Of a DNA stretch of 64,000 nt, positions 10,515-20,473 are shown one piece after another. Source of the DNA: an uncultured delta proteobacterium (GTDB taxonomy: Bacteria > Desulfobacterota > Binatia > Binatales > Binataceae); assembly GCA_963808235.1 (NCBI GenBank), contig CAWEEQ010000004.1, forward strand, positions 3,488,001 through 3,552,000. The letters run 5' to 3'. Position 1 is the stretch's first letter. Every line of letters begins with the position of its first letter. Below the pieces are notes generated by a model, which saw nothing but the letters and a program-made list of their open reading frames with translations, was not told the origin of the DNA and did not search any database. A program made the position numbers and the translations under genes.

Positions 10515-11477
10515 ATGAAGGCTGCAGTCTATTATCAGAACGGTGGTCCTGAGGTTCTTAAGTACGAAGACGTTCCCGATCCGGTTTGCTATCCGCAGGG
10601 CGTAGTGATCCGCGTCGAGGCGGTAAGCATCGAAGGTGGCGACACGCTCAACCGTTGGCATGGAGCACTGCTCAACAAGCCGCACATCGTTGGCTACCAG
10701 GCTGGTGGCGAAATCGTGGAGGTTGGCGCGGGGGTTACCAACCTGAAGGTAGGCCAGAAGGTGGCCGCCGTTAATGCGTTCGGCTCTCATGCCGAGCTGC
10801 TAGTGGTTCCGGCGCGCAACGCGTGGCCGGTACCGAAAGGATTCGACATCAAGCTCGCCGCAGCCATACCGGTGCCGTTCGGAACTGCCGACGATTGCTT
10901 GTTCGAGTTCGGCCGGCTGAAGGCTGGCGAGACAGTCCTGGTGCAAGCGGGCGCAAGCGGAGTAGGTGTCGCGGCGATTCAACTCGCCAAGCGCGCGGGT
11001 GCGACGGTGCTCGCGACGGCGTCCAGCGACGCGCGCCTGGAACGGCTCAAGCCATTAGGTCTCGATCATGGAATCAACTACCGGACCGAAGACGTCGCCA
11101 AGTCGGTCATGAAACTTACTGACAACAAGGGCGTCAACCTGGTCGTCGATCCGGTCGGCGGGGCTACTCTGCAATCGAGCCTGTTATCGCTCGCCTACCG
11201 GGGACGCGTCTCGATGGTCGGCGCAGCGGGACGCGAAGCGATGACGATCAACGTCTCGTCGCTGATGGCGGGTAACCGCTCTTTGACCGGAGTTTTCCTC
11301 GGCGCGGAGATCGGGAGCGACCGCGCGCACGACATGATCCAGCGCCTGATCGAAGAGGCCGCCCGGGACGAGATCAAAGTAGTGATCGATCGAACTTACC
11401 CACTGAAGGAGGCCGGCGCCGCTCACGCCTACATAGAAAGCCGGCAGGCGGTAGGCCGCGTTCTTCTGATCCCCTAA
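10515..11477 (+). CDS. NADPH:quinone oxidoreductase (MDR family)
   Basis: GGPEVLKYEDVPDP, AGASGVGVAAIQLAK, IDRTYPL. Confidence 0.9.
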   Translation: MKAAVYYQNGGPEVLKYEDVPDPVCYPQGVVIRVEAVSIEGGDTLNRWHGALLNKPHIVGYQAGGEIVEVGAGVTNLKVGQKVAAVNAFGSHAELLVVPARNAWPVPKGFDIKLAAAIPVPFGTADDCLFEFGRLKAGETVLVQAGASGVGVAAIQLAKRAGATVLATASSDARLERLKPLGLDHGINYRTEDVAKSVMKLTDNKGVNLVVDPVGGATLQSSLLSLAYRGRVSMVGAAGREAMTINVSSLMAGNRSLTGVFLGAEIGSDRAHDMIQRLIEEAARDEIKVVIDRTYPLKEAGAAHAYIESRQAVGRVLLIP

Positions 11478-11558
11478 TAGGTCGCCGAAAAATAAACACT
11501 GCGCGAGTTGTAGGTCCTCGCGCAGCGCACTCCCCCGGGAAATCCAATGCAGCTTGAT

Positions 11559-13277
11559 CTAATTGTTAATGCGCGCCTGCGCCATCGGTCCGCGCAGCAG
11601 ACGACCGGACAGCGCTCCGGTGTGTTCGTTGTCGCGCAGCAGGACTTTGCCATTGACGACAGTGGCCAGCAATCCATCGGATTTTTGCTTCAGGCGACGC
11701 GCACCGGCGGGAAGGTCGTGCGCGAGTTCGGGCAACTTTGGCGCGATTCTCTTCGGATCGAACACGATCACATCCGCAAAATTGCCCGCGCGCAGCAACC
11801 CGCGTCCCGCGAGGCCCCAATGATAGGCGGGGACGAAACTCAGCATTCGAATTGCCGCTTCCAGCGTCAGCGCTTCCTTCTCGCGCACCCAGTGACTTAG
11901 CACATGGGTCTGCAGCGACGAGTCCATGATTTGCGAGACATGCGCGCCCGAGTCCGAGAAGGTCACCACCGAGCGCGGATTTTTCATCATCTCGAGGACA
12001 TGGTCCTGATTCTCGTTGGTGAGAGTCTGGAGGAAGAATTGTTTGAGATGTTTCTCGAGCGCGAGATCGATGATCACGTCAACCGGGTCCCTGTTCTGCT
12101 CGGCAGCGAGCTCGGCGATCGAGCGATACGGAGGCATCGCCTTGTCCAGCGGGAACATCCAGTTGAAGTTTGCGACGCGGGCTTCCGCGCCGACTCCACG
12201 ATTGCCGTCGCCCGGCCGCTCACGGGCAGCCTCGACCAGCGCACGCCGGGTGTCGGGATTGCGCAGTGCGGCTTCCTGTTCGGCGAGCGAAAGTTTGCGA
12301 ATCTCGCGCCAAGCCGGCAATCGATCGAAGGGCATATGCGTCTCGAACGACAGCAGCAGATTAAGCGAGCGGCTATGTACCTGGATGAACATCCGGCCAC
12401 CGGCGGCAGCGGTCTCTTCGGCGGTTTCGAAATATCGGCGCCAGTAGTTGGGCGCGCGGCGCGAGCTGAACATCCCAAATGTCACCGGCACTGAACTCTC
12501 GACCGCGAGCGATTTAAGCCGCCCCAGGTAATCGTCGAGACGCGGACCCTCGGCACCGGTGTCCTCGCCGGCGATCTCAAAGATTCCCGCGCCCAACTCG
12601 CCCATCACTCCGACCAGCTGACGCACCTCGTCCCAATTCGCGATCCGGCTCGCGACCGGACGACCGTCCGGCGTCTGATGATTGCTGGTTCGCGAGGTGG
12701 TGAATCCGATTGCGCCGGAGCGAATGCCATCGCGCAGCTCGTCGCGCATCATCTGGAGGTCTTCGGTGGTAGCTTGTTCATCGAAAGCGCGCTCGCCCAT
12801 CACGTGGGTGCGCAGCGCGGAGTGTCCCATGTAGGCGGCGTAGTTGATTCCTTTGGGCAGGCGATCGACCGTATCGAGGTATTGCGCGAATGTAGTCCAC
12901 GACCATTTGATTCCCGCCTGCATCGCTTCGGGCGAGATATCTTCCGCGCGTTCCAGATTCCGCATCACGAGCAGTTTGTCTTTCTCTGCGCATGGCGCGA
13001 GCGAAAATCCGCAGTTACCCATCACCACCGAGGTGACGCCATGCCAGCATGAGCAGGTCCCGAGCGCATCCCAGAAAACCTGCGCGTCCATATGCGTGTG
13101 CGCGTCGATGAGTCCCGGCGCGACCACGTGACCTTCGGCGTCGATCGTTTCGCGCGCGCTCTCGTGAATTTTTCCGATCGCCGCGATCCTGTCGCCCTCG
13201 ATTCCGACGTCAGCTCTGAAACGCGGCATACCGCTTCCATCGACGACAGTGCCATTGCGGATAATCAGGTCGTACAT
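11559..13277 (-). CDS. N-acyl-D-amino-acid deacylase family amidohydrolase
   Basis: YDLIIRNGTVVDGSG, PGLIDAHTHMD, GVTSVVMGNCG, SDSGAH, ADVIVFDP. Confidence 0.9.
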   Translation of the reverse strand: MYDLIIRNGTVVDGSGMPRFRADVGIEGDRIAAIGKIHESARETIDAEGHVVAPGLIDAHTHMDAQVFWDALGTCSCWHGVTSVVMGNCGFSLAPCAEKDKLLVMRNLERAEDISPEAMQAGIKWSWTTFAQYLDTVDRLPKGINYAAYMGHSALRTHVMGERAFDEQATTEDLQMMRDELRDGIRSGAIGFTTSRTSNHQTPDGRPVASRIANWDEVRQLVGVMGELGAGIFEIAGEDTGAEGPRLDDYLGRLKSLAVESSVPVTFGMFSSRRAPNYWRRYFETAEETAAAGGRMFIQVHSRSLNLLLSFETHMPFDRLPAWREIRKLSLAEQEAALRNPDTRRALVEAARERPGDGNRGVGAEARVANFNWMFPLDKAMPPYRSIAELAAEQNRDPVDVIIDLALEKHLKQFFLQTLTNENQDHVLEMMKNPRSVVTFSDSGAHVSQIMDSSLQTHVLSHWVREKEALTLEAAIRMLSFVPAYHWGLAGRGLLRAGNFADVIVFDPKRIAPKLPELAHDLPAGARRLKQKSDGLLATVVNGKVLLRDNEHTGALSGRLLRGPMAQARINN

Positions 13278-13543
13278 CGCACACTCCTTTTGCCGGCTCG
13301 CACGCGCGGCGGATCGATCGGCGGCGATTGCCGGTCATTCGGCGAGATCATCTGAGCAGCTCAACTCACACGTCTGCTTATTTCAGAATCGAGGGTCCGT
13401 GAGCAAGCGGATGTGCCTGTCACTTGCGAGTGTTCGGGGCCAGCCAAGTCATTCCACGCAATGCGGAGTCTATACAGAGCTTACAAATAAGTCTACTTCT
13501 TGTAGGTATAGCTCTTGCTGGATCCTCCGGCGGGGGTATCGCG

Positions 13544-14014
13544 ATGAAACTACAAGCGCATTGGCCCACAGTCAGCATCAACGCGCGCGATTGGCGCGCC
13601 GCGATGATCGCGTTGGTTTCGCTTTTCGGAGCGTCGATAGTCCTGGTGACCTTGCAATCGGGAGTCTTGCTCGACAATCCATTGTTCGAGAGGCTCGAAC
13701 TCTCACCGGTCGCCGGTCCTCGTATTAACCTGCTTAATGTCGCCCGAGGCGTTTCGCTCGATCTTCACCCGTCTGATTATGCTAGCGAACTCTGGAAGGG
13801 TTTCTCCGTTGCGCACGCGCTACCGGCAAACGTCGCTTGGTCGCAACGATTCTCGATTGGTGCGAAAGAGCGAACCGCATTCGAGGTTTTTGGCGACGCG
13901 GCGCTTCGCGAGATATTGGCGGACGAGCGAACAGAGCGCCAACTCAAACCGCGGCACAATCGTTTGCTCCTGATGCTGATGCTGCTCCGGCTGCACGAGG
14001 ATCGCCGCGGATAG
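13544..14014 (+). CDS. Hypothetical membrane-anchored protein
   Basis: 156-aa ORF filling an intergenic gap, one N-terminal hydrophobic helix (AAMIALVSLFGASIVLVTL); no recognisable motif. Confidence 0.55.
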   Translation: MKLQAHWPTVSINARDWRAAMIALVSLFGASIVLVTLQSGVLLDNPLFERLELSPVAGPRINLLNVARGVSLDLHPSDYASELWKGFSVAHALPANVAWSQRFSIGAKERTAFEVFGDAALREILADERTERQLKPRHNRLLLMLMLLRLHEDRRG

Positions 14015-14088
14015 ATTGCGCTTGGCGATCGCAAAGTCACGATACTAAGGTTGACGTACAGGTATCGATACTTTGCGGAGGCATCGCG

Positions 14089-15540
14089 ATGTCGAGCGGG
14101 AAGTCACGCGCGCAGGAGATCAAGGCCAACCTCAAGCATCCGATCATCGACGCCGACGGTCACTGGCTTGAATTCGGTCCGGTGATTGTTGAGCAGCTCG
14201 AGAGGCATGGCGGGAAGATTGCGGTCGACGGATTCCGCGCGTTCAACGGGCGCGTATCGAAAGCGCTCGCGGAGTCGGGCGAGGAACGCAAACGCAAGCG
14301 CGTCGCGCAGGAAGCGTTCTGGGCGTTGCCCACGAAAAATACTCTGGATCGCGCGACCGAGCTTCTGCCGAAACTTCTCTATGAACGCCTGGACGAATTC
14401 GGGATCGATTTCAGCGTGCTCTACCCGACTTCCGGATTGGGCGTGCCGTTTCATCCCGACGAGCAGACCCGCCGCGTGACATGCCGGGCCTTCAATTCCT
14501 TCATCGCGGAGTTCTTCGCCGACTATGCCGACCGGATGACGCCGGCGGCGGTGATCCCGATGCACACGCCGGAGGAAGCAATCGCGGAACTCGAGCACGT
14601 GGTCAAGAATCTCGGGCTCAAGGTGGTGATGATGGCGAGCATGGTGCGCCGGCCGATCCCGGCAGCTGCCAACGCGCCCGCCGCGCCGCGTTTCGCTACC
14701 TGGCTCGACATGCTCGGGCTCGACAGCGAGTACGATTACGATCCGGTCTGGGCAAAGTGCGTCGAGCTGGGGATCTCGCCGACCTTTCATTCCGGTTCGC
14801 GCGGGATCGGACTGCGCGTTTCTCCGACCAACTTTGTTTACAACCATATCGGGCATTTCGCGGCCGCCAGCGAAGCGGTCTGCAAGGCGATCTTCCTGGG
14901 TGGCGTGACCCGGCGCTTCCCAACGCTCAAGATGGCGTTCCTCGAAGGCGGCGTCGGATGGGCCTGCGGTCTCTACAGCGATCTCATCGGGCACTGGAAA
15001 AAGCGCAACCGCGAGGCGCTGGAGGAGGTCAATCCCGCCAACCTCGATCGGCCGCGGCTTGCCCAGCTGATCCGCGAGTACGGCGGCAAATGGATCGAGA
15101 ACCGCGCCGAGCAGCTGGACTCAGTCGCGGCCAGCGAGCAGAGCGCCGCGACTGGCGGACTTCGCGAGCTGGACGACTTCGCGGCGTGCAAGATTTCGCG
15201 CGTAGAGGAGATCCGCGATCTGTTCGCGAAGAACTTTTATTTCGGATGCGAGGCCGACGATCCCGCCAACGCATACGCGTTCAATCGCAAACTGAATCCG
15301 TATGGAGCGAAACTGAACGTGCTGTTCGGATCGGATATCGGGCACTTTGACGTGCCGGATATGAAAGAGGTCGTGCCCGAGGCGCATGAGCTGCTCGAAG
15401 AGGGGCTCATCACCGACGATAATTTTCGCGACTTCATGTTCACCAATCCGGTGCGTTTCTGGGCCGAGGCCAATCCGAATTTTTTCAAAGGCACGCGCGT
15501 GGAGAAGGAAGCGGCGGCCCTGCTCGCGGGCCGCGGTTAA
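14089..15540 (+). CDS. Amidohydrolase_2 family protein
   Basis: IIDADGHWLE, YDPVWAKCVELG, FPTLKMAFLEGG, FGSDIGHFD; GGAGG RBS before ATG 14089. Confidence 0.88.
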   Translation: MSSGKSRAQEIKANLKHPIIDADGHWLEFGPVIVEQLERHGGKIAVDGFRAFNGRVSKALAESGEERKRKRVAQEAFWALPTKNTLDRATELLPKLLYERLDEFGIDFSVLYPTSGLGVPFHPDEQTRRVTCRAFNSFIAEFFADYADRMTPAAVIPMHTPEEAIAELEHVVKNLGLKVVMMASMVRRPIPAAANAPAAPRFATWLDMLGLDSEYDYDPVWAKCVELGISPTFHSGSRGIGLRVSPTNFVYNHIGHFAAASEAVCKAIFLGGVTRRFPTLKMAFLEGGVGWACGLYSDLIGHWKKRNREALEEVNPANLDRPRLAQLIREYGGKWIENRAEQLDSVAASEQSAATGGLRELDDFAACKISRVEEIRDLFAKNFYFGCEADDPANAYAFNRKLNPYGAKLNVLFGSDIGHFDVPDMKEVVPEAHELLEEGLITDDNFRDFMFTNPVRFWAEANPNFFKGTRVEKEAAALLAGRG

Positions 15541-16178
15541 CTATCGCCTGGGGTTTTCAGATCCGCGACGAAACGCTGAATCTCTGCGATTGCTTCCGCA
15601 ATGTTCTGAGCCTCGGTTCGACCCGAGCGGGCCGGGGACTTCAGAGAGTGATCGCCCGCTTCGATCCAGACGATCCGAATTTTCGTTGACAGTTTGTAAT
15701 TCGCGACCTCATCGGGCCGTCCGAACGAATCGCGCGTGCCTTGGAGGATCAGTGTAGGCGTGCGGAGACTCTCGAGATGCTTGACCCGAGTGCGCCCGGG
15801 ATTTCCGGGTGGATGAAACGGGTAGCCGAGACATACCAGGCCCGCCACGCCTGCGTCGTCGGCGACCATGCTCGCGATCCGGCCGCCCATCGATTTTCCT
15901 CCGATCACGAGTCGAGTGACGTCGCCGAGCTTTGCGATAACGCTGCGCCATGACTCGAGCAGTATCGGCTCGCGATCGGGCGCACCGCGTTTTCCGCTGA
16001 TGCGTCGGGCCGCCATGTAGGGGAATTCGAATCGCACAACTCGCACGTCTTCGCCGCCGATTGCTCCCGCAACTTTGTTCATAAACGGCGCGTCCATCGC
16101 GGCGCCCGCGCCGTGCGCGAGCACCAGGGTGATCGGCGCTCCGGTTGAACCGTTCACCAGAAGCGAATCATCTCGCAT
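15537..16178 (-). CDS. Small alpha/beta hydrolase (KANL3/Tex30-like)
   Basis: LAHGAGA, GGKSMGGR nucleophile elbow, LGYPFHPPG, QGTRD, GDHSL. Confidence 0.88.
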   Translation of the reverse strand: MRDDSLLVNGSTGAPITLVLAHGAGAAMDAPFMNKVAGAIGGEDVRVVRFEFPYMAARRISGKRGAPDREPILLESWRSVIAKLGDVTRLVIGGKSMGGRIASMVADDAGVAGLVCLGYPFHPPGNPGRTRVKHLESLRTPTLILQGTRDSFGRPDEVANYKLSTKIRIVWIEAGDHSLKSPARSGRTEAQNIAEAIAEIQRFVADLKTPGDS

Positions 16179-16187
16179 CGTGAAGTC

Positions 16188-16790
16188 TTACTTGGGGAAG
16201 CCGTCGACTAATTCGCGGAGGCGTTGTTTTGCGCCGTCGATCACCGATGCTCCGTCGCCGACCAGGATTGTGTCGAAGTCGAGGGCGAGCAGTTGCTGTA
16301 TGTTGCGCCGCAATCGAGGCGGGTCATCCATGACGCTCTCGCGGAGCAGCTTGAGGCGTCCGGGCGGATCGCCCCCGACCGCGTCGCCGACGATCAGGCA
16401 TTTTCGCACGGGCCAGAGGAATGCCACTTCGCCGGGGCTCTTTCCGCTGACGCCGATCACTTCGAGCGCGCCGATTTTTTCGCCTGCGCGGAGCTCACCG
16501 TCGACCACGGCGCCTTGTGCTTTCGCATAGGCGGCATCATCCGGATGAATGTAAGTGCGAGCCCCGGTATTCTCGCGAACGCGATTTGCCGCGCGGAGAT
16601 GATTTCGGTTGGTAAGGAGAATCCGGCTCACGCCCAGCCGAACCAGTTCGCTCATCACTTGATCATTCGGATCGACCGGGTCGATACACAGATTGCCCGA
16701 CGGATCGGGGATCAGCAGGCTGTTGAAGTTGTATCCATGCGGCTCGGAAAACCAGACCCACGTAAGTACATCGCCGAGAATCGTTTCCAT
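16188..16790 (-). CDS. MBL-fold metallo-hydrolase-like protein (degenerate metal motif)
   Basis: CIDP, LLTNRNHLR in place of HxHxDH, GKSPGE, LIVGDA, ILVGDG. Confidence 0.75.
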   Translation of the reverse strand: METILGDVLTWVWFSEPHGYNFNSLLIPDPSGNLCIDPVDPNDQVMSELVRLGVSRILLTNRNHLRAANRVRENTGARTYIHPDDAAYAKAQGAVVDGELRAGEKIGALEVIGVSGKSPGEVAFLWPVRKCLIVGDAVGGDPPGRLKLLRESVMDDPPRLRRNIQQLLALDFDTILVGDGASVIDGAKQRLRELVDGFPK

Positions 16791-16965
16791 CGCACGCGCT
16801 CCTCACAGATGAAGTCGCGCCGCCAATCTTAATCCCGCGCGAGAGTGCAATTCCAACCCTCCAACGGGTTCACGCGGTTGGCAGCCGGCACGCGACCCGA
16901 CTATTGATAGAAAATGCCCGCGGCGAGCAGGGCTGGAAATCACGCGAGGGAGAGAAAAAGTCATC

Positions 16966-17829
16966 ATGGGCAAACTTGAAAAGAAAGTAGCAGTCATCAC
17001 TGGCGCAGCGAGTGGAATCGGGCGCGCCACCGCAATCCGGTTCGCGGGTGAGGGCGCCGCGGTCGTGATCGCCGACCTCAATCGCGAGGGCGGCGAGGCC
17101 GCGGTGCGCGATTGTCGAGAGAACGGCGGCAGCGCGGTGTTTCAGCTCGCGGACGTGTCGAGCGAAGAAGACATCAAGGGCGCGGTCGATCGTGCGGTCA
17201 AGGAGTTCGGACGCCTCGACATAATGTACAACAACGCCGGCCTGGGCGGCGCGGTCGGCCCTCTCGAGAAAACCAGCGCCGCGAACTGGGACCGCAGTTT
17301 CTCGATTCTGCTGCGCGCGGTGTTCCTGGGGATCAAGCACTCGGTACCCGAGATGCGCAAGACCGGCGGCGGATCAATCGTCTCGACGGCCTCGATTGCC
17401 GGATTGCGCGGTGCCCCCGGGTTGCACGCATACTGCGCCGCCAAGGCTGGAGTGATCAGTCTGACCCGCTCGGCATCGATCGAATTCGCCAAGGACAAGA
17501 TTCGCGTCAATTGCATTTGTCCGGGACTGATCGCAACGCCGCTGACTTACAACCGCATACCAGGTGGTGAGCAAACGGCGACGCAACTGTTTGCGGCGTT
17601 TCAGCCGTGGCCGCGCGCAGGACGTCCCGAAGACATCGCGGCGATGGCGTTGTTCCTGGCGAGCGACGACTCGGAGTTCGTCAGTGGTCAAGCGATGGTG
17701 GTAGACGGAGCAGTGACATCAGGGATGGGCGCGGGAAGCCTGGCGCAAGGGTCGCAAGGGGCGTCGATGCCGTCGATCTTAGATGACGAATGGTCGGGGC
17801 CGTCATTCCAGATGAAGCGGCCTTCTTGA
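16966..17829 (+). CDS. SDR family NAD(P)-dependent oxidoreductase
   Basis: TGAASGIG, NNAG, YCAAK, IRVNCICPG. Confidence 0.93.
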   Translation: MGKLEKKVAVITGAASGIGRATAIRFAGEGAAVVIADLNREGGEAAVRDCRENGGSAVFQLADVSSEEDIKGAVDRAVKEFGRLDIMYNNAGLGGAVGPLEKTSAANWDRSFSILLRAVFLGIKHSVPEMRKTGGGSIVSTASIAGLRGAPGLHAYCAAKAGVISLTRSASIEFAKDKIRVNCICPGLIATPLTYNRIPGGEQTATQLFAAFQPWPRAGRPEDIAAMALFLASDDSEFVSGQAMVVDGAVTSGMGAGSLAQGSQGASMPSILDDEWSGPSFQMKRPS

Positions 17830-17845
17830 GAGGGAGATCTACATC

Positions 17846-18298
17846 ATGAAAACGATCGATGAACTGGTTATCGAGCTTGCCGATCGCGAAGCGATTCGTG
17901 ACTTGCCGGTTCGCTATTGCGATTGCGTTTGGCAGAACGATCTCAAGACGATGGTCGAGCTTTTCACCGAGGACGGAACATTCGTGGTAAAGGGGCCTAA
18001 GCGCGAAGCGACCACCAAAGGGCGCGCCGAACTTCGCAAGATGTACGAACAGGCGCTAGGCGACGTATCGCCGCGTCCTTACATCCACAACCACGTCGTG
18101 AATTTGCAGAGTAAGAGCAAGGCGAGTGGCAGGTGCTACGTCGAGCTGCGCAGTGCCGCGCGCAATATGGAGTGGATAGGAACCGGCTACTATGACGATG
18201 AGTACGTGAAGGTCGGCGAGGAGTGGAAGTTCGCGTTGCGGCGGTTCACGAGTATCAGGCTTCCGGCGCCGGCTGAGCAGAGCGGAAAGAAATCATAG
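17846..18298 (+). CDS. SnoaL-like / NTF2 family protein
   Basis: DREAIRDLPVRYC, LFTEDG, GYYDDEYVKVGEEWKF. Confidence 0.85.
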   Translation: MKTIDELVIELADREAIRDLPVRYCDCVWQNDLKTMVELFTEDGTFVVKGPKREATTKGRAELRKMYEQALGDVSPRPYIHNHVVNLQSKSKASGRCYVELRSAARNMEWIGTGYYDDEYVKVGEEWKFALRRFTSIRLPAPAEQSGKKS

Positions 18299-18332
18299 AT
18301 AGAACGACCACCTGGATCGGGAGCGTCGAGAA

Positions 18333-19043
18333 ATGATCGTCCAAATCTACAGCATGACTTCGATAGCCGATGCCGTCGCGACGGCCCAGGCAGGTGCTGC
18401 CCTTATCGGCGTGGTCGTCGCGGAGCCGGGTATCGTTGCCGAGGGTATCGGCGCCGATGCGGCTCGCGAGGTGCTGGCGGCGATCCGGCCGCGCGCTCGC
18501 GGTGTAGCGCTCTCACTTTCGGACGATCGCGAGGAGATCTGCGCGATGGTCGACGCGGTGCAGCCCGACGTCCTGCACCTCGCCGCGCGTGAAATCGAAC
18601 CGGAGGACTGCGCGTGGATTCGCAAGCGCATCGCCCCGATTATGCTGTTGCGTGCGATTGCCGTCCGCGCCGGAGAGACTCTCAGCGAGGCCGATGCGCA
18701 TCAAGAGTGCGCCGATTATCTGATGCTCGACTCCGGTGCGAAGAACCTGCCCTCGCTCGGCGCGACCGGCGAGACGCACGACTGGTCCGTGAGCCGGACC
18801 ATCGTCGAGCGCTCACGTATACCGGTGATCCTGGCGGGCGGCTTGTCTGCGGAGAATGTCGCGGATGCGATCGCCGCGGTCAGGCCGTGGGGCGTCGATT
18901 CGTTCACGCACACTGACGTGCCGGGGCATCGTGGAAAAAAGGATCCGGTCAGAGTGCGCGCGTTTACGGCGGCGGCGCTTCGCGGTTTTGCGGCAATGAT
19001 CGAATCGCAGACGCCAAAGAACTTGGCCAGGAACAGCTGGTAA
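18333..19043 (+). CDS. trpF: Phosphoribosylanthranilate isomerase-like protein (divergent TrpF family)
   Basis: LLDS-type Asp motif (LMLDSG), GATGETHDW, PVILAGGLSAENV, RPWGVDS, KKDP; N-terminal VKICG motif reads VQIYS. Confidence 0.75.
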   Translation: MIVQIYSMTSIADAVATAQAGAALIGVVVAEPGIVAEGIGADAAREVLAAIRPRARGVALSLSDDREEICAMVDAVQPDVLHLAAREIEPEDCAWIRKRIAPIMLLRAIAVRAGETLSEADAHQECADYLMLDSGAKNLPSLGATGETHDWSVSRTIVERSRIPVILAGGLSAENVADAIAAVRPWGVDSFTHTDVPGHRGKKDPVRVRAFTAAALRGFAAMIESQTPKNLARNSW

Positions 19044-19181
19044 TCGAACATTTACCAGACACATCCAATTAATTCGCGACGCAGTGTTGGCTCGTACGTG
19101 AATAAGATGTAAGAGGATAGACGGGTGGAGGAATCGGGATGGCGGTTGGCCAGCACGGACTCTTTCGAGCCGGCTTTTATT

Positions 19182-19206
19182 GTTCTCTGTTACATCTACA
19201 GAGAAC
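19182..19206. promoter_or_regulatory. Perfect 9-7-9 inverted repeat upstream of gmhB, possible operator
   Basis: GTTCTCTGT-tacatct-ACAGAGAAC. Confidence 0.4.
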
Positions 19207-19296
19207 CCTAGAAGCAAGGTTCACCCATTCCCAGAAAATGTCTCTTGTCGCATACGCAATGTAGTTGCGATGCGGCATAGTGACCACGCATAGATC

Positions 19297-19830
19297 ATGA
19301 GATCGCGCCGTGCCATATTTCTCGACCGCGATGGGGTGATTAATCGGGTCATCTTTCGCGATGGGAAGCCTGCGGGACCAAGAGAGGTTTCTCAGTTCGA
19401 ATTTGTGCCGGGAATCGAGGAGCCTATCGGACGTTTGCGCACCGCCGGTTTCAAGCTCTTTGTCGTCAGCAATCAACCCGATATTGCACGCGGTCTTCTG
19501 ACCGCGGAACAACTGCAGCTGATGAGTGATAAGCTTGTCGCTAAGCTGCAAGTTGACGCCGTGCGGGTGTGTCCGCACGATGACCATCACGGATGTAGCT
19601 GTCGCAAACCGAACCCGGGCATGCTCCTGGACCTGGCTCGCGAGTACGACATCACACTCGCTGGTTCCTACCTGATAGGTGACTCATGGAAAGACACGCT
19701 GGCCGCGCGAGCAGCTGGTTGTGAGCCGATCATGCTCGATCGGCCTTACAACCGGGATGACTCGGCGGATAGACGAGCGTCGGATCTGAGTGAGGCAGTG
19801 GATATGATACTCGGGGAGGCCGGGCGATGA
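19297..19830 (+). CDS. gmhB: D-glycero-D-manno-heptose 1,7-bisphosphate phosphatase (HAD-IIIA)
   Basis: AIFLDRDGVIN, VSNQ, CPH...CSCRKPNPGM, IGDSWKD. Confidence 0.88.
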   Translation: MRSRRAIFLDRDGVINRVIFRDGKPAGPREVSQFEFVPGIEEPIGRLRTAGFKLFVVSNQPDIARGLLTAEQLQLMSDKLVAKLQVDAVRVCPHDDHHGCSCRKPNPGMLLDLAREYDITLAGSYLIGDSWKDTLAARAAGCEPIMLDRPYNRDDSADRRASDLSEAVDMILGEAGR

Positions 19831-20441
19831 ACGATCAGTTCGGGGAATACGTCGCGTCGTATCTGCTTGAGGCGCAAAAGATCTGTTCTACCGTCTCCCA
19901 GAGTGACATCGCAAAGATCGTCGAAGGGTTGGTGCATCTGCGGAGCAAAGGTGGACGTCTTTTTTTCCTGGGTGTGGGCGGCAGCGCTGCAAACGCGTCG
20001 CACGCGGTGAACGACTTTCGCAAGATCGCCAACATCGAGAGTTACGCACCTACCGACAACGTTGCAGAGCTAACCGCGCGCATCAATGACGACGGCTGGG
20101 AGCATTCCTATTCGCGATGGCTAATGGGCAGCAAGCTGCGTCGCGAAGATGCGGTCTTCGTATTATCGGTGGGTGGGGGCAATGCCGAGCGACGTGTTAG
20201 CGTGAATTTGATCGAAGCGTTGCGAGTAGCAGAGAAAGCAGGAGCTAAAATCTACGGAATAGTCGGCCGCGATGGAGGATACACCGCGAAGGTTGCCGAC
20301 GCGTGCGTAATTGTGCCCGTCGTCAATTCCGAAACGGTCACACCACACACAGAGGCATTTCAGGCTGTGATATGGCATCTCATCGTGTCGCATCCTAAGC
20401 TGATCGCCAATAACATGAAGTGGGAATCGATTAAAAAGTAG
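19827..20441 (+). CDS. gmhA: Phosphoheptose (sedoheptulose-7-phosphate) isomerase, SIS domain
   Basis: GVGGSAANASH, LTARINDDG, GRDGG, PHTEAFQ..IWH; ATGA overlap with gmhB. Confidence 0.85.
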   Translation: MNDQFGEYVASYLLEAQKICSTVSQSDIAKIVEGLVHLRSKGGRLFFLGVGGSAANASHAVNDFRKIANIESYAPTDNVAELTARINDDGWEHSYSRWLMGSKLRREDAVFVLSVGGGNAERRVSVNLIEALRVAEKAGAKIYGIVGRDGGYTAKVADACVIVPVVNSETVTPHTEAFQAVIWHLIVSHPKLIANNMKWESIKK

Positions 20442-20473
20442 GCGTGCATCTAGATCGCGGAGGGGGATTGAGA

